Source of the DNA: Erysipelothrix larvae
GTDB taxonomy: Bacteria; Bacillota_I; Bacilli_A; Erysipelotrichales; Erysipelotrichaceae
Direction: 5' to 3'
Assembly (NCBI RefSeq): GCF_001545095.1
Contig: NZ_CP013213.1
Location: 330,001 to 362,000 of the forward strand
DNA: 32,000 bases
The position numbers were made by a program, and so were the translations under genes. Numbering within the stretch: position 1 is the stretch's first letter; every line of letters starts with the position of its first letter. Under the pieces are notes generated by a model. It saw only the letters and a list, made by a program, of their open reading frames with translations. It made no database searches and was not told the origin of the DNA. Positions 1 to 8,671 of the stretch are shown piece after piece.

Positions 1-40
1 TCAAAATCATGATGGAACAAACCAACCGAAACTAAAAAGT

Positions 41-100
41 AAAAAACGAGGCAAATCAATTGACTTATGTCAAATCAATTGGTCTGACTCGTTTTTATTT
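41..100 (+). terminator. Possible intrinsic terminator of an upstream gene that lies outside the window
   Basis: ACGAG (46-50) pairs with CTCGT (88-92). An inner TTGAC/GTCAA hairpin (60-64/69-73) sits between them, followed by a T5 run (92-96). The structure is loose and has a long interior. Confidence 0.3.
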
Positions 101-166
101 TCACATCTTATTTGGTTTACATCCAATTTTGTGGTAAAGTATACAAGGAATAAAAGGAGATTTTTT

Positions 167-2413
167 ATGATTCGTCAAGAATTATTGGCGTTGCTTGGAC
201 AAGATTTAGACGGTGTAACAATCGATAAACTTTATCACGCAGTGAACCAATGTGTACAAAACAAAATGAAAAACATACCCCATGTTAGTGGGGACCGAAC
301 CCTTTACTATATGTCAGCTGAGTTTCTAATTGGGAAGCTCTTATCAAACAACCTTATGAATTTAGGCATTTACGATGAAGTAAAGGAAGCAGTAGAAAGC
401 ATGGGCTATCGCTTATCTGACCTTGAAGAATACGAACCTGAACCATCATTGGGCAATGGTGGTCTTGGACGTCTTGCGGCATGTTTCTTGGATTCAATCG
501 CAACACTGGGTCTTAATGGTGAAGGCTTAGGTCTAAACTATCACTTTGGACTGTTTAAACAAGTATTCGGTAAGGATCATTTCCAACATGAAACCAAAGA
601 TGTGTGGTTAGAAAAACCAAGCTGGCTTACAAAAACAGATTTCACAGTTCCAGTAACACTGGGAAGCACCTCTGTGATTGGACGTATGTATAACCTTGAT
701 ATTTTGGGATACAATGGTGAAAAAACAACCTTGCGTTTATTTGATTTAGAGAGTGTGGATGAAACACTAGTGGGTGATGGCATTCAATTTAACTTAGAAG
801 CCATCGATAAAAACTTAACCCTTTTCTTATACCCAGACGATTCAACGGATGCAGGAAAACGGTTGCGTTTTATCCAACAGTATTTTATGGTGAAATGTAA
901 CTTAGCATGGGTTTTAAGCCAACATGAAGCGCATATTGAAACCTTACACGAACATGTAGCGATTCAATTAAACGACACCCATCCTGTGATGGTGATTCCA
1001 ATGCTAGCCCTTGAACTTGAGAAACGTGGGATTGCATTTGATAAAATTGTGGAAATTGTCACCAAGACCTGTGCGTATACAAACCATACGATTTTGGCAG
1101 AAGCACTTGAAACATGGCCAATCTCATATTTTGAGACCATTGATCGTAACTTATCGGAAATGATTTGGAAATTAGACCGTGAAGCACGCTCACGCAGCAA
1201 AGATCCGTTCATTGGGATTGTTGGGTATTACTACATTGTTCACATGGCTGCATTAGCATGTAACTTCTCCCACAGCATTAATGGTGTTGCGGCGTTGCAT
1301 ACTGAAATCTTAAAGAAGACAACCTTAAAGAGCTTTTATGAGTTGTATCCTGAACGCTTCAACAACAAAACAAACGGAATTACCTTCCGTCGTTGGTTAC
1401 AATTCAGTAACCGTGAACTCACATCGTGGATAGAATCCAAGATTGGTGAAGACTTCACTCAAGATGCAATGAGCCTTGTGAAACTTGAGGCATTCAAAGA
1501 GGACAAAGAAGCACTTCAAGAACTTTTAGATATTAAACACCTTAAGAAACAACAATGTGTCGACTATATCTACGAGATATCGGGACGCAAGGTTAATGTG
1601 AATTCTATCTTTGATATTCAAATCAAGCGCCTTCATGAATACAAACGTCAACAAATGAACTTACTCTACATTATCTATCTGTATTTACGCATTAAAGATG
1701 GTGTTGTGCCAAAACGTCCGATTACATTTTTCTTTGGATCAAAAGCTGCACCCGCTTATGTGATTGCGAAAGACATTATTCATGCATTGCTTGTTATGCA
1801 AACATTGATTGAGTCGGATGAAGACGTTCGCAAACACATTCAAATTGTCTTTGTGGAAAATTACAATGTAACCAAAGCGGAAATGTTGATTCCTGCATGT
1901 GATGTGTCTGAACAAATTTCACTGGCAAGTAAAGAAGCAAGTGGTACGGGTAACATGAAACTCATGTTGAATGGTGCTTTAACATTAGGAACCCTTGATG
2001 GGGCGAATGTAGAAATCGCTGAACATGTTGGCGATGAAAGCATCTATATTTTTGGGAAACACTCGGATGAAGTCATTGATTTGCTGGGGTCTGGATCGTA
2101 TAATCCACGTGCTATGTATGAAAATACACCATGGATTCGCCGTTGTGTGGATTTCCTTACATCTGAACCGATGCGTAATATTGGAACCTTTGACTGCTTG
2201 AACCGCCTTCGTTATCACCTAGTAGATCATGATCCGTTCATGACCTTACTTGATTTTGAAGACTATGTTTGGGTTAAAAATGAAATGTTTGAAGACTATG
2301 AAAATAGAATGGAATGGGCTTCTAAGATGATGATGAACATTGCGAATGCTGGATTCTTCTCCAGTGATCGCACAATCGCATCGTATAACGAAGACATTTG
2401 GAATTTAAAGTAA
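167..2413 (+). CDS. glgP: Alpha-glucan (glycogen/maltodextrin) phosphorylase
   Basis: ORF 131..2413 trimmed to ATG 167, which follows AAGGAGA (154-160). About 748 aa. The PLP-lysine motif EASGTGNMKLMLNGALTLGTLDGANVEI and NDTHP are typical of the GT35 phosphorylase family. Confidence 0.95.
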   Translation: MIRQELLALLGQDLDGVTIDKLYHAVNQCVQNKMKNIPHVSGDRTLYYMSAEFLIGKLLSNNLMNLGIYDEVKEAVESMGYRLSDLEEYEPEPSLGNGGLGRLAACFLDSIATLGLNGEGLGLNYHFGLFKQVFGKDHFQHETKDVWLEKPSWLTKTDFTVPVTLGSTSVIGRMYNLDILGYNGEKTTLRLFDLESVDETLVGDGIQFNLEAIDKNLTLFLYPDDSTDAGKRLRFIQQYFMVKCNLAWVLSQHEAHIETLHEHVAIQLNDTHPVMVIPMLALELEKRGIAFDKIVEIVTKTCAYTNHTILAEALETWPISYFETIDRNLSEMIWKLDREARSRSKDPFIGIVGYYYIVHMAALACNFSHSINGVAALHTEILKKTTLKSFYELYPERFNNKTNGITFRRWLQFSNRELTSWIESKIGEDFTQDAMSLVKLEAFKEDKEALQELLDIKHLKKQQCVDYIYEISGRKVNVNSIFDIQIKRLHEYKRQQMNLLYIIYLYLRIKDGVVPKRPITFFFGSKAAPAYVIAKDIIHALLVMQTLIESDEDVRKHIQIVFVENYNVTKAEMLIPACDVSEQISLASKEASGTGNMKLMLNGALTLGTLDGANVEIAEHVGDESIYIFGKHSDEVIDLLGSGSYNPRAMYENTPWIRRCVDFLTSEPMRNIGTFDCLNRLRYHLVDHDPFMTLLDFEDYVWVKNEMFEDYENRMEWASKMMMNIANAGFFSSDRTIASYNEDIWNLK

Positions 2414-2417
2414 AACC

Positions 2418-2448
2418 AAGGCTGTTGATCCAAAAATCGACAGCCTTT
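2418..2448 (+). terminator. Hairpin downstream of glgP
   Basis: AAGGCTGTTGAT ccaaaa ATCGACAGCCTT forms a 12-bp stem with one G:U pair, starting 5 nt after the stop codon. The T-tract is weak (TTT only). Confidence 0.55.
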
Positions 2449-2518
2449 AGTGTTAATGGAGTCGCTCACTGTAGATTTATGATTGGCATGAAGGGCTAGA
2501 TTGAGCTAATACGTACGC

Positions 2519-2626
2519 AAAAAAAAGACGGAGCGGATATCACGTTTTAGGAAGTTATTTGTGTAATGTAAATCCATGAGGTAAACATGGTTTGTGATAT
2601 CCTTGGTTGGTTGGTTTTTTCCGTCT
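2519..2626 (-). other. Long composite hairpin followed, on the minus strand, by a T8 run; orphan terminator-like element or candidate small RNA
   Basis: AGACGGA (2526-2532) pairs with TCCGTCT (2620-2626). GGATATCAC (2535-2543) pairs with GTGATATCC (2594-2602). There is an inner CCATG/CATGG pair. The A8 run at 2519-2526 reads as T8 directly 3' of the hairpin on the minus strand. A minus-strand TATAAT (2640-2635) lies 8 nt upstream of the stem base. Confidence 0.35.
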
Positions 2627-2748
2627 ATATTTATATTATAAAGGGAAAATGCCGTTGTGCATGATAAGATTCTATCGTAAAATGAAGGTAAGAAAAGCAT
2701 CTTTGAAATTTTTTTCTCATGAGTAACAACGTGAAAGGAAACTGAGTT

Positions 2749-3630
2749 ATGTCAATACTAAGAAAACTGGTTGAGCTTAAAGACTTAACAAACAATGAAA
2801 AAGTGTTGGTTGATTTTATTTTAGAGGATCCTTCAAAAATTGTGAGCCTACGGCCAAAAGAAATCGCTGAGGCATCGTATGTATCAGTATCCACCATTTA
2901 TCGCCTTGTGGATAAATTAGGGTTAAGTGGCATTTCAGACTTAAAAGGCGAGATTGCGAAGTCCTTGATTGGATCACGCCATGAAACGTCCATAGAGGAC
3001 TATAACTTCCCAATTCTAGAGACGGATACAAACTATCAAATTATGAAGAACATGCATCAAATCTACCTTAAAACGATTGATGAGTCCGATGGATTGATGG
3101 ATTTGGATGTTTTGGGTGAAGTGGTGAATCAGATGCGAAAATCAAAGCGCATAAGTCTCTATGCTTCCTCTGCAAATCTATACTTCGCAGAAAATTTTAA
3201 GTTTCAAATGCAAGAGATTGGGATTGATGTATTGGCTCCTGTGGAAGAGTATGTACAGCGGTTGACCGCTGCAAACAGTACAGAGGATGACTTTGCGATT
3301 ATTATTTCGTATGGTGGACGGGGTCCTACGGTACAATTGATTTATAATATTCTCAAGATCAATAAAACGAAGATCTTATTGTTGACTTCCACCCAAGGCA
3401 ATCCGCATGTTGATGCATCGGACTATGTGTTATATCTTGCTTCCTTTGAAGATCATTATGATAAGATCTCATCCTTTGCGACACGGCTTACCATCATGTA
3501 TGTGTTGGATATTATATTTGCGGCATTCTTTAGCCTTGACTACAAAGCACATCTCGATCATAAGCGCACATCATTTTTCAAGCTTTTTGAAGGGATTGGT
3601 CCCAAAGAGAACACCAAAAATCATGAATAA
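2749..3630 (+). CDS. RpiR/MurR-family transcriptional regulator (HTH plus SIS domain)
   Basis: ATG follows AAAGGAAA. The N-terminal helix-turn-helix is EIAEASYVSVSTIYRLVDKLG. The C-terminal half, about 180 aa, has the layout of a SIS sugar-phosphate-binding domain. Confidence 0.85.
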   Translation: MSILRKLVELKDLTNNEKVLVDFILEDPSKIVSLRPKEIAEASYVSVSTIYRLVDKLGLSGISDLKGEIAKSLIGSRHETSIEDYNFPILETDTNYQIMKNMHQIYLKTIDESDGLMDLDVLGEVVNQMRKSKRISLYASSANLYFAENFKFQMQEIGIDVLAPVEEYVQRLTAANSTEDDFAIIISYGGRGPTVQLIYNILKINKTKILLLTSTQGNPHVDASDYVLYLASFEDHYDKISSFATRLTIMYVLDIIFAAFFSLDYKAHLDHKRTSFFKLFEGIGPKENTKNHE

Positions 3631-3640
3631 CACCCTTCGA

Positions 3641-4210
3641 TTACAAAGTATGGGTCTGTGTATGTGTTGGGTTGTATGCACCTTTTGAGTGCTCATAGGT
3701 TTTTGCCATAAACATACTGTCATAGCACAGTTGATGGATGCGATGGAGAATGTTGGTGTTGGCTATGATGCCATCCTCAAAGTCTGCATCTTCAATAAAT
3801 ACATATTTTTGAACTAAGAATGCACCCATATATGCAAGGATTGGTTTCAGTTGTGATTCAACCATGAGGTAGTGTTTTGAAGAGCCTGCCAATGCCACAA
3901 TACCAACCACCTTGTTTTTTAGTGCGTTGGGTGGTAATAAATCGAAGACATTTTTAAGGGCTCCGGGTATGGACGTTTGATAGGTTGGTGTCCCAACAAT
4001 TAAAATGTCACAGGCAAGGATTGTATTGATGAGTGTCTGTGTATCTTCATTGTATTCCCAAATCGGACGCCCATCACTAAATTGAAGGGCATATTCACCA
4101 ATATTTAAGCTTGTTTTTGTGTGTACGTCATCGAAACAGTTCATGACGGTATTTAATGCGGTTTTTGTTTTCTTTCCTGAAACTGAACCAATTAGTGCGA
4201 CGATATTCAT
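3641..4210 (-). CDS. NAD(P)H-dependent FMN reductase family oxidoreductase (flavodoxin-like fold)
   Basis: The N-terminus MNIVALIGSVSGKKTKTAL and the TPTYQTSIPGALKN segment are typical of the NADPH-dependent FMN reductase family. Convergent with the RpiR gene. Confidence 0.7.
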   Translation of the reverse strand: MNIVALIGSVSGKKTKTALNTVMNCFDDVHTKTSLNIGEYALQFSDGRPIWEYNEDTQTLINTILACDILIVGTPTYQTSIPGALKNVFDLLPPNALKNKVVGIVALAGSSKHYLMVESQLKPILAYMGAFLVQKYVFIEDADFEDGIIANTNILHRIHQLCYDSMFMAKTYEHSKGAYNPTHTQTHTL

Positions 4211-4312
4211 GGCAATGTATGCTCCTTTTTACGAACACTATTATACGAAACTTGCGATGATATTAAAAGTGAAGTAATTAGGCATCTGTGTGAAAAAAAG
4301 CACGATGGTGTA

Positions 4313-4321
4313 TGGTATACT
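4313..4321 (+). promoter_or_regulatory. Extended -10 promoter element upstream of cysS
   Basis: TGgTATACT lies 22 nt upstream of ATG 4343. GGAGG RBS at 4331-4335. No recognisable -35 (the upstream sequence is A-rich). Confidence 0.35.
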
Positions 4322-4342
4322 AAATAAAGATGGAGGCAACGT

Positions 4343-5671
4343 ATGAAACTATTCAATACTAAATCAAACCAAATCGAAGACTTTGTGCCAATCAATGCAC
4401 CAGAAGTGTCTTTGTACTTGTGTGGACCGACGGTCTATAATTATGCACATATTGGAAATGCACGGCCGATTGTTGTCTTTGATTTATTAAGACGTGTCTT
4501 AGAAACAAAAGGATATCACGTTAAGTTTGTCTCAAACTATACGGATGTAGACGATAAAATTATTCGAAAAGCGTTGGAAGAAATGACAACAGAAAAAGAA
4601 ATCTCAGAGCGTTATATTCATGCCTATGAATCTGTTAGACAGGCACTTCATGCTGAGGGAATCTATAAAACACCACGTGTTACTGAAGTGATGGACGACA
4701 TCATCGCGTTTATCAAAGAACTCGAAACAAAAGGGTATGCTTACTGTGTGGAAGGTGATGTGTATTTCAGAGTACGCAATGTGTCCAATTATGGAACACT
4801 CTCACACCAAAACCTTGAAGCACTTCAAGTAGGTGCACGCATTGATGAGAATGATAAGAAAGAAGATCCTTTAGATTTTGCGTTATGGAAAGTTACAGAT
4901 GATGCAGGCATTAAATGGGAATCACCATGGGGAATGGGCCGTCCTGGATGGCATACTGAATGTGTGGTCATGATCTATAACACCTTTGGCACACGCATTG
5001 ATATTCATGGGGGTGGACAAGACTTGAAATTTCCACACCATGAAAATGAAGCAGCGCAAGCACATGCGCTTCACCACCATGATCTCGCCAACCTGTGGGT
5101 TCATAATGCAATGTTGAACATTGATGGCGAGAAAATGAGCAAGTCCTTTGGTAATGTAATTTGGGCCAAAGACTTTATTGAAAAACTGGGTTCAAATGCA
5201 ACCCGGTGGCTTTTATTGTCCACACATTATCGCATTGTATTGAACATTACCGATGAAACAATCCAACAAGCACAAAATGATATTGTGAAGTTTGAAACCG
5301 TGCTTAAACAAGCACAACGCACCCTCTCACTGAATCACATCGAGACATCTTTGATCGATGAGGATTTAAACCGTGATTTTTTAAATGCACTGTATGATGA
5401 TTTGAATGTCGCGAATGCAACGGTATCTCTTTATGCATGTATGAAACACTTAAATCAAGCACTGCGTCAAAAGGATGCATTGGATGCTGTCTCAAAATAT
5501 ACCAATACCCTACGCTTTATGTTGGATGTTTTAGGCTTGGAATTTGACGTCTTTGAATTGACACAAGCCCAACGTGAGATGTATCTTCAGTGGCTAGAAG
5601 CCAAGGCAAATCGTGACTTTGAAACGGCCGATGCACTGCGTAATGTGCTTCAAGCTGAGGGGGTTTTATGA
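4343..5671 (+). CDS. cysS: Cysteine--tRNA ligase
   Basis: Class I aaRS HIGH motif (HIGNARP) and KMSKS motif are present, as is the cysteine-containing HTEC segment. Confidence 0.95.
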   Translation: MKLFNTKSNQIEDFVPINAPEVSLYLCGPTVYNYAHIGNARPIVVFDLLRRVLETKGYHVKFVSNYTDVDDKIIRKALEEMTTEKEISERYIHAYESVRQALHAEGIYKTPRVTEVMDDIIAFIKELETKGYAYCVEGDVYFRVRNVSNYGTLSHQNLEALQVGARIDENDKKEDPLDFALWKVTDDAGIKWESPWGMGRPGWHTECVVMIYNTFGTRIDIHGGGQDLKFPHHENEAAQAHALHHHDLANLWVHNAMLNIDGEKMSKSFGNVIWAKDFIEKLGSNATRWLLLSTHYRIVLNITDETIQQAQNDIVKFETVLKQAQRTLSLNHIETSLIDEDLNRDFLNALYDDLNVANATVSLYACMKHLNQALRQKDALDAVSKYTNTLRFMLDVLGLEFDVFELTQAQREMYLQWLEAKANRDFETADALRNVLQAEGVL

Positions 5672-6045
5672 ACGAATCGGGGAATGTACTTGCTTTTATT
5701 GGAGATGCGGTATTGTCACTTCAAGTACGGGAATACTTGGTGTCAAAAGGTGTGTCCCAACTGAGCCGCCTCCAACAACAATCCACGCGATTTGTCAGTG
5801 CCAGTGCCCAAGCAGAGTTTATGGTGTCTTTGATTGAATCCGATCTTTTAAATGAGACAGAAGTGAATGTCTATAAACGGGGTAGAAATGCGAAGTCAAA
5901 ATCTGTTGCGAAAAATGCCGATGTGATCACATATCGTATCGCAACGGGGTTTGAAGCACTGTGGGGATATTTATATTTAGAAGGACATCATAAGCGGCTC
6001 GACCAGTTGTGGTCTGAGTTTATTAAGAAGGTGGAATCACAATGA
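5668..6045 (+). CDS. mrnC: Mini-ribonuclease 3 (Mini-III)
   Basis: ATGA overlap with the cysS stop. RNase III-like signature LAFIGDAVLSLQVREYL. Sits between cysS and rlmB, as yazC does in B. subtilis. Confidence 0.85.
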   Translation: MNESGNVLAFIGDAVLSLQVREYLVSKGVSQLSRLQQQSTRFVSASAQAEFMVSLIESDLLNETEVNVYKRGRNAKSKSVAKNADVITYRIATGFEALWGYLYLEGHHKRLDQLWSEFIKKVESQ

Positions 6046-6755
6046 GTGAAATTTTATATGGAAAAAACAATGTACTTGCATATTTAAAGAATGGAAACAG
6101 ACCGCTCAAGGCGTATAGTTTAAAACAAGGTAATCTCAATGAAATCGAAGGACTTTTAAAGAAGATGAATGTTTCTGTGCAACGTGTTGATAAAAAACAG
6201 TTGGACCAAAAAGCAAACGGAAATCATCAAGGCATTCTATTAGAAATCGATGGCTATAAGACAACACCGCTTGAATCAATTATACAAAACGGAGCACATA
6301 AGTTATTGGTGATGCTTGATCAGGTTGAAGACCCACATAATTTGGGTGCGATTCTCAGAACCTGTGATGCTGTCGGTGTGGATGGGGTAATAATTGGAAA
6401 ACACCGCAGTGTTGGACTCAATGCAACGGTTGCGAAAGTATCTACAGGTGCCATTCATACCGTCCCGGTTGCAAGTGTCACAAACCTTTCGCAAACACTT
6501 CAAAGCCTCAAAGAACAAGGGTATTGGGTGGTAGCGTGTGAGAATGGCGTTGATGCAGTTTCATATACACAATTCCCAGTCGATATGCCGTTGGTCATTG
6601 TTATGGGATCAGAAGGAAAAGGAATTTCACGGATTGTGAAAGAAAATGCCGATATTTTAGTCACCATTCCAATGGTTGGAACCGTTAACTCATTGAATGT
6701 GTCTGTCGCAAGTGCAGTAATCCTATACGAGGTAATGCGAAGAAGGGGAGATTAA
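6042..6755 (+). CDS. rlmB: 23S rRNA (guanosine-2'-O-)-methyltransferase, SpoU/TrmH family
   Basis: ATGA overlap with mrnC. SpoU motifs DQVEDPHNLGAILRTCDA, VMGSEGKGIS and IPMVGTVNSLNVSVASAV. Synteny with yacO. Confidence 0.85.
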   Translation: MSEILYGKNNVLAYLKNGNRPLKAYSLKQGNLNEIEGLLKKMNVSVQRVDKKQLDQKANGNHQGILLEIDGYKTTPLESIIQNGAHKLLVMLDQVEDPHNLGAILRTCDAVGVDGVIIGKHRSVGLNATVAKVSTGAIHTVPVASVTNLSQTLQSLKEQGYWVVACENGVDAVSYTQFPVDMPLVIVMGSEGKGISRIVKENADILVTIPMVGTVNSLNVSVASAVILYEVMRRRGD

Positions 6756-6756
6756 T

Positions 6757-7371
6757 GTGTCGTATCATGATTTTGAAGCGCTCTATATGATTCGAAAAGG
6801 AAATTTTGAAGCAAAAGAAGGATTGGATTGTCGGTATAAATTACTCGTGTATAAAATGGCGAATGTTTACTTGATGAAGTATCATCTCTCAAACACAACA
6901 CTCCATGATGCACGACAAGCAGGATTTATGGGGTATGAAAAGAGCATTCGAAACTATGATGCAAGCCGATTAACGGGGCTTGCACATTTTGTCAAGCTCA
7001 CGGTAATTGATCACATACGAACATCCATTCGAACACACATATCCCTCAAAGGTATGATGAATCACTATGCAGTGTCCTTGGATAGTACAATCAGTGAAGA
7101 CGGGAAACTGGATTATCATGATGTAATCGCAAGTGAAAATCGTTCCTTTTGTCCGGAAACCTATACCTATATCAAAGAAGTGGATCATGAAATGAGTTAT
7201 ATGTTTAAAAGCACCATCACAGATACAGAACGGCGTATATTCGTTATGAAAGCACAAGGGTATGCCTATAAAGAAATTGCGCAAACACTGGATCTCACAT
7301 CAAAACAAGTTGACAACATTCTCCAAAAATTAACCCGTAAAGTAGAGTTGTTTAAAGATTACATGAACTAA
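6757..7371 (+). CDS. sigH: Sigma-70 family RNA polymerase sigma factor, SigH-like by position
   Basis: GTG start 1 nt after the rlmB stop. Region 2-like segment (DARQAGFMGYEKSIRNYD ... FVKLTVIDHIR). Region 4 HTH YKEIAQTLDLTSKQVDNILQKLTRK. Lies immediately upstream of rpmG-secE-nusG, as in Bacillus. Confidence 0.7.
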   Translation: MSYHDFEALYMIRKGNFEAKEGLDCRYKLLVYKMANVYLMKYHLSNTTLHDARQAGFMGYEKSIRNYDASRLTGLAHFVKLTVIDHIRTSIRTHISLKGMMNHYAVSLDSTISEDGKLDYHDVIASENRSFCPETYTYIKEVDHEMSYMFKSTITDTERRIFVMKAQGYAYKEIAQTLDLTSKQVDNILQKLTRKVELFKDYMN

Positions 7372-7603
7372 TAGCTATTCATTATTTTATGAAATTATGT
7401 GGGGGTAGGTAATCCATCACGATTAAGCGTGACAAAGAACCTGGTCAAAGGACTGTCTTAGCTGCGGTGATTTAGACATGATTTAATGATGTATGTGAGT
7501 TCTTTAGTCGCAATTATTTAAAGGGCAAACCCAGGTCAAATTTAAATGAGAATGTTGTGTAGTCAAAGGGGTGGCTTCATAATGATGAGATAAGCACTAA
7601 ACA

Positions 7604-7632
7604 TTGACAATAAAGGTGCGCTATGATAAAGT
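7604..7632 (+). promoter_or_regulatory. Sigma-A-type promoter for rpmG-secE-nusG
   Basis: TTGACA (7604-9), a 17-nt spacer ending in TGa, then TAAAGT (7627-32). This gives a consensus -35 plus an extended -10, 29 nt upstream of the rpmG ATG. Confidence 0.5.
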
Positions 7633-7660
7633 TATGTAGCACGAAAGTGGGGTTTTTAGT

Positions 7661-7819
7661 ATGACAAATAAGCGAAAAAAAGTGATACTCGTTTGTACAG
7701 AATGTTTGTCGCGGAATTATTCCACATTTCGAAATCATGTTAAATCAGAAGAACGACTTGAAATGATGAAATATTGTAAGCGATGTGGCAAACATACATT
7801 ACATCGAGAGTCAAAATAG
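7661..7819 (+). CDS. rpmG: 50S ribosomal protein L33 (zinc-ribbon form)
   Basis: Not in the ORF track because it is under 60 aa. My translation is [52 protein letters not shown], with a CxxC...CxxC pattern. Position upstream of secE is conserved. Confidence 0.9.
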   Translation: MTNKRKKVILVCTECLSRNYSTFRNHVKSEERLEMMKYCKRCGKHTLHRESK

Positions 7820-7831
7820 GAGGTGTCAAGT

Positions 7832-8011
7832 ATGAAATGGTTTACACTAAGTGGTCTAAAAGAAGAAATTCGTAAAATTGAATGGCCTAAGCGTAAAGAG
7901 AATGTCTCGAATACGTTTACTGTTTTGGCTTTTGTGGGATTCTTTGCAGTATTCTTCATTGCAGCTGAGTTCTTAATTTCTGCATTCTTGAAAGTAGTAG
8001 GTGCATTCTAA
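7832..8011 (+). CDS. secE: Preprotein translocase subunit SecE
   Basis: ATG 7832 lies 8 nt after AGGAGG (7818-23). 59 aa with the KEEIRKIEWP motif and a single C-terminal TM helix. Synteny supports the call. Confidence 0.85.
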   Translation: MKWFTLSGLKEEIRKIEWPKRKENVSNTFTVLAFVGFFAVFFIAAEFLISAFLKVVGAF

Positions 8012-8015
8012 TATT

Positions 8016-8555
8016 ATGGAAGAAAAACTTTGGTATGTCGTAAACACTTACTCCGGTCATGAAAATAGAGTTAAAGAAAATCTAGAACGTCGTGTTGAAT
8101 CGATGGGAATTCAAGATTCTTTATTCAGAGTGTTGGTTGCAGAAGAAACAGTGATTGAATTTAATAAATCAGGTAAAAAAGTTGAGAAAATGCGTAATCT
8201 CTTCCCAGGGTATCTCTTTGTGGAAATGATTATGACCGATGAAGCGTGGTATGTTGTTCGAAATACACCCGGCGTAACCGGATTTATTGGATCATCAGGT
8301 GGTGGTGCGAAACCATTCCCTGTATCTCCAGAAGAAATCGAATCAATTCTACGTAGAATTGGTATGAGTGATAAGAAACTCGTGGTTGATTTTGGTGTGG
8401 GTGATCGCGTTAAAATCTTATCTGGACCTTTTAGTGGTTTAGATGGCGTGATTGATTCAATGAATGATGATGCACAAACAGCAATGGTACTTACAATCTT
8501 GTTTGGTCGTGAAACACCAACTGAGATATCATATACTGATTTGGAGAAACTATAG
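8016..8555 (+). CDS. nusG: Transcription termination/antitermination factor NusG
   Basis: Trimmed to MEEKLWYVVNTYSGHENRV (NGN domain). C-terminal KOW motif (GDRVKILSGPFSGLDGVI). Confidence 0.95.
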   Translation: MEEKLWYVVNTYSGHENRVKENLERRVESMGIQDSLFRVLVAEETVIEFNKSGKKVEKMRNLFPGYLFVEMIMTDEAWYVVRNTPGVTGFIGSSGGGAKPFPVSPEEIESILRRIGMSDKKLVVDFGVGDRVKILSGPFSGLDGVIDSMNDDAQTAMVLTILFGRETPTEISYTDLEKL

Positions 8556-8556
8556 G

Positions 8557-8580
8557 GAGCACGCTAATGTGCTCTTTTTA
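8557..8580 (+). terminator. Intrinsic terminator after nusG
   Basis: GAGCAC gctaat GTGCTC followed by TTTTT, starting 2 nt after the stop codon. Confidence 0.6.
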
Positions 8581-8613
8581 CTTTGTTTTCTTGTGTGAAG
8601 CAAGTACTATATG

Positions 8614-8642
8614 TTGCACACAAGAGTAAAGGATTCTATAAT
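8614..8642 (+). promoter_or_regulatory. Promoter of the mevalonate operon
   Basis: TTGCAC (8614-19), a 17-nt spacer, then TATAAT (8637-42). The 8-bp inverted repeat CTTGTGTG/CACACAAG (8590-8597/8617-8624) overlaps the -35. Confidence 0.5.
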
Positions 8643-8671
8643 TAGGATAGAAGTTATCGGAGTGTGATTAA

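Noticed and set aside
131-166. N-terminal extensions in the ORF track from upstream GTG/TTG/ATG codons: glgP 131, secE 7823, nusG 8001, mvaD 9600, fni 11479, PHP 12483, permease 13513, P1 15160, mutY 20629, ABC-F 22341, mvaA 25100, tgt 28007, and others.
   Set aside because: In each case an internal ATG is preceded by a well-spaced AGGAGG-like RBS, and/or it gives an N-terminus matching the family-typical start. The extensions overlap upstream genes or lack an RBS.
577-2218. Minus-strand ORFs of 60-82 aa inside glgP (577..783, 964..1212, 1861..2043, 1985..2218).
   Set aside because: They are fully antisense to a confidently identified gene. They have no RBS and no recognisable motifs, and look like typical shadow ORFs. 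The same reasoning applies to the other antisense or alternate-frame ORFs in the track that lie inside real genes, for example 4922..5104, 6303..6518, 6970..7284, 8833..9081, 10941..11201, 11691..12030, 14652..14903, 16231..16491, 22519..23151, 23483..23740, 24388..24903, 25213..25440, 26421..26977, 27411..27974 and 28701..28886.
2506-2897. Two minus-strand ORFs (2506..2700 and 2631..2897) in the glgP-rpiR spacer.
   Set aside because: They have no SD and a low-complexity composition. One runs antisense across the RpiR start. The region is better explained by the hairpin element and the promoter sequences.
3407-3688. A 93-aa alternate-frame ORF overlapping the RpiR 3' end and the FMN reductase 3' end. 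Similar same-strand alternate-frame ORFs occur at 5613..5837, 9108..9374, 9769..9969, 12787..12996, 17673..17891, 19023..19211, 21496..21678, 22549..22752, 22864..23127, 25616..25801, 28548..28739, 30509..30721 and 31317..31514.
   Set aside because: They are embedded in confidently called genes. They have an unusual Cys/His/Trp-rich or low-complexity composition and no RBS.
4211-4342. A T-box riboswitch upstream of cysS.
   Set aside because: The spacer is only 132 nt. It has no T-box sequence (AAnnGGGTGGTACCGCG-like) and no specifier or terminator stems. An extended -10 lies about 22 nt upstream of the ATG, which leaves no room for a leader.
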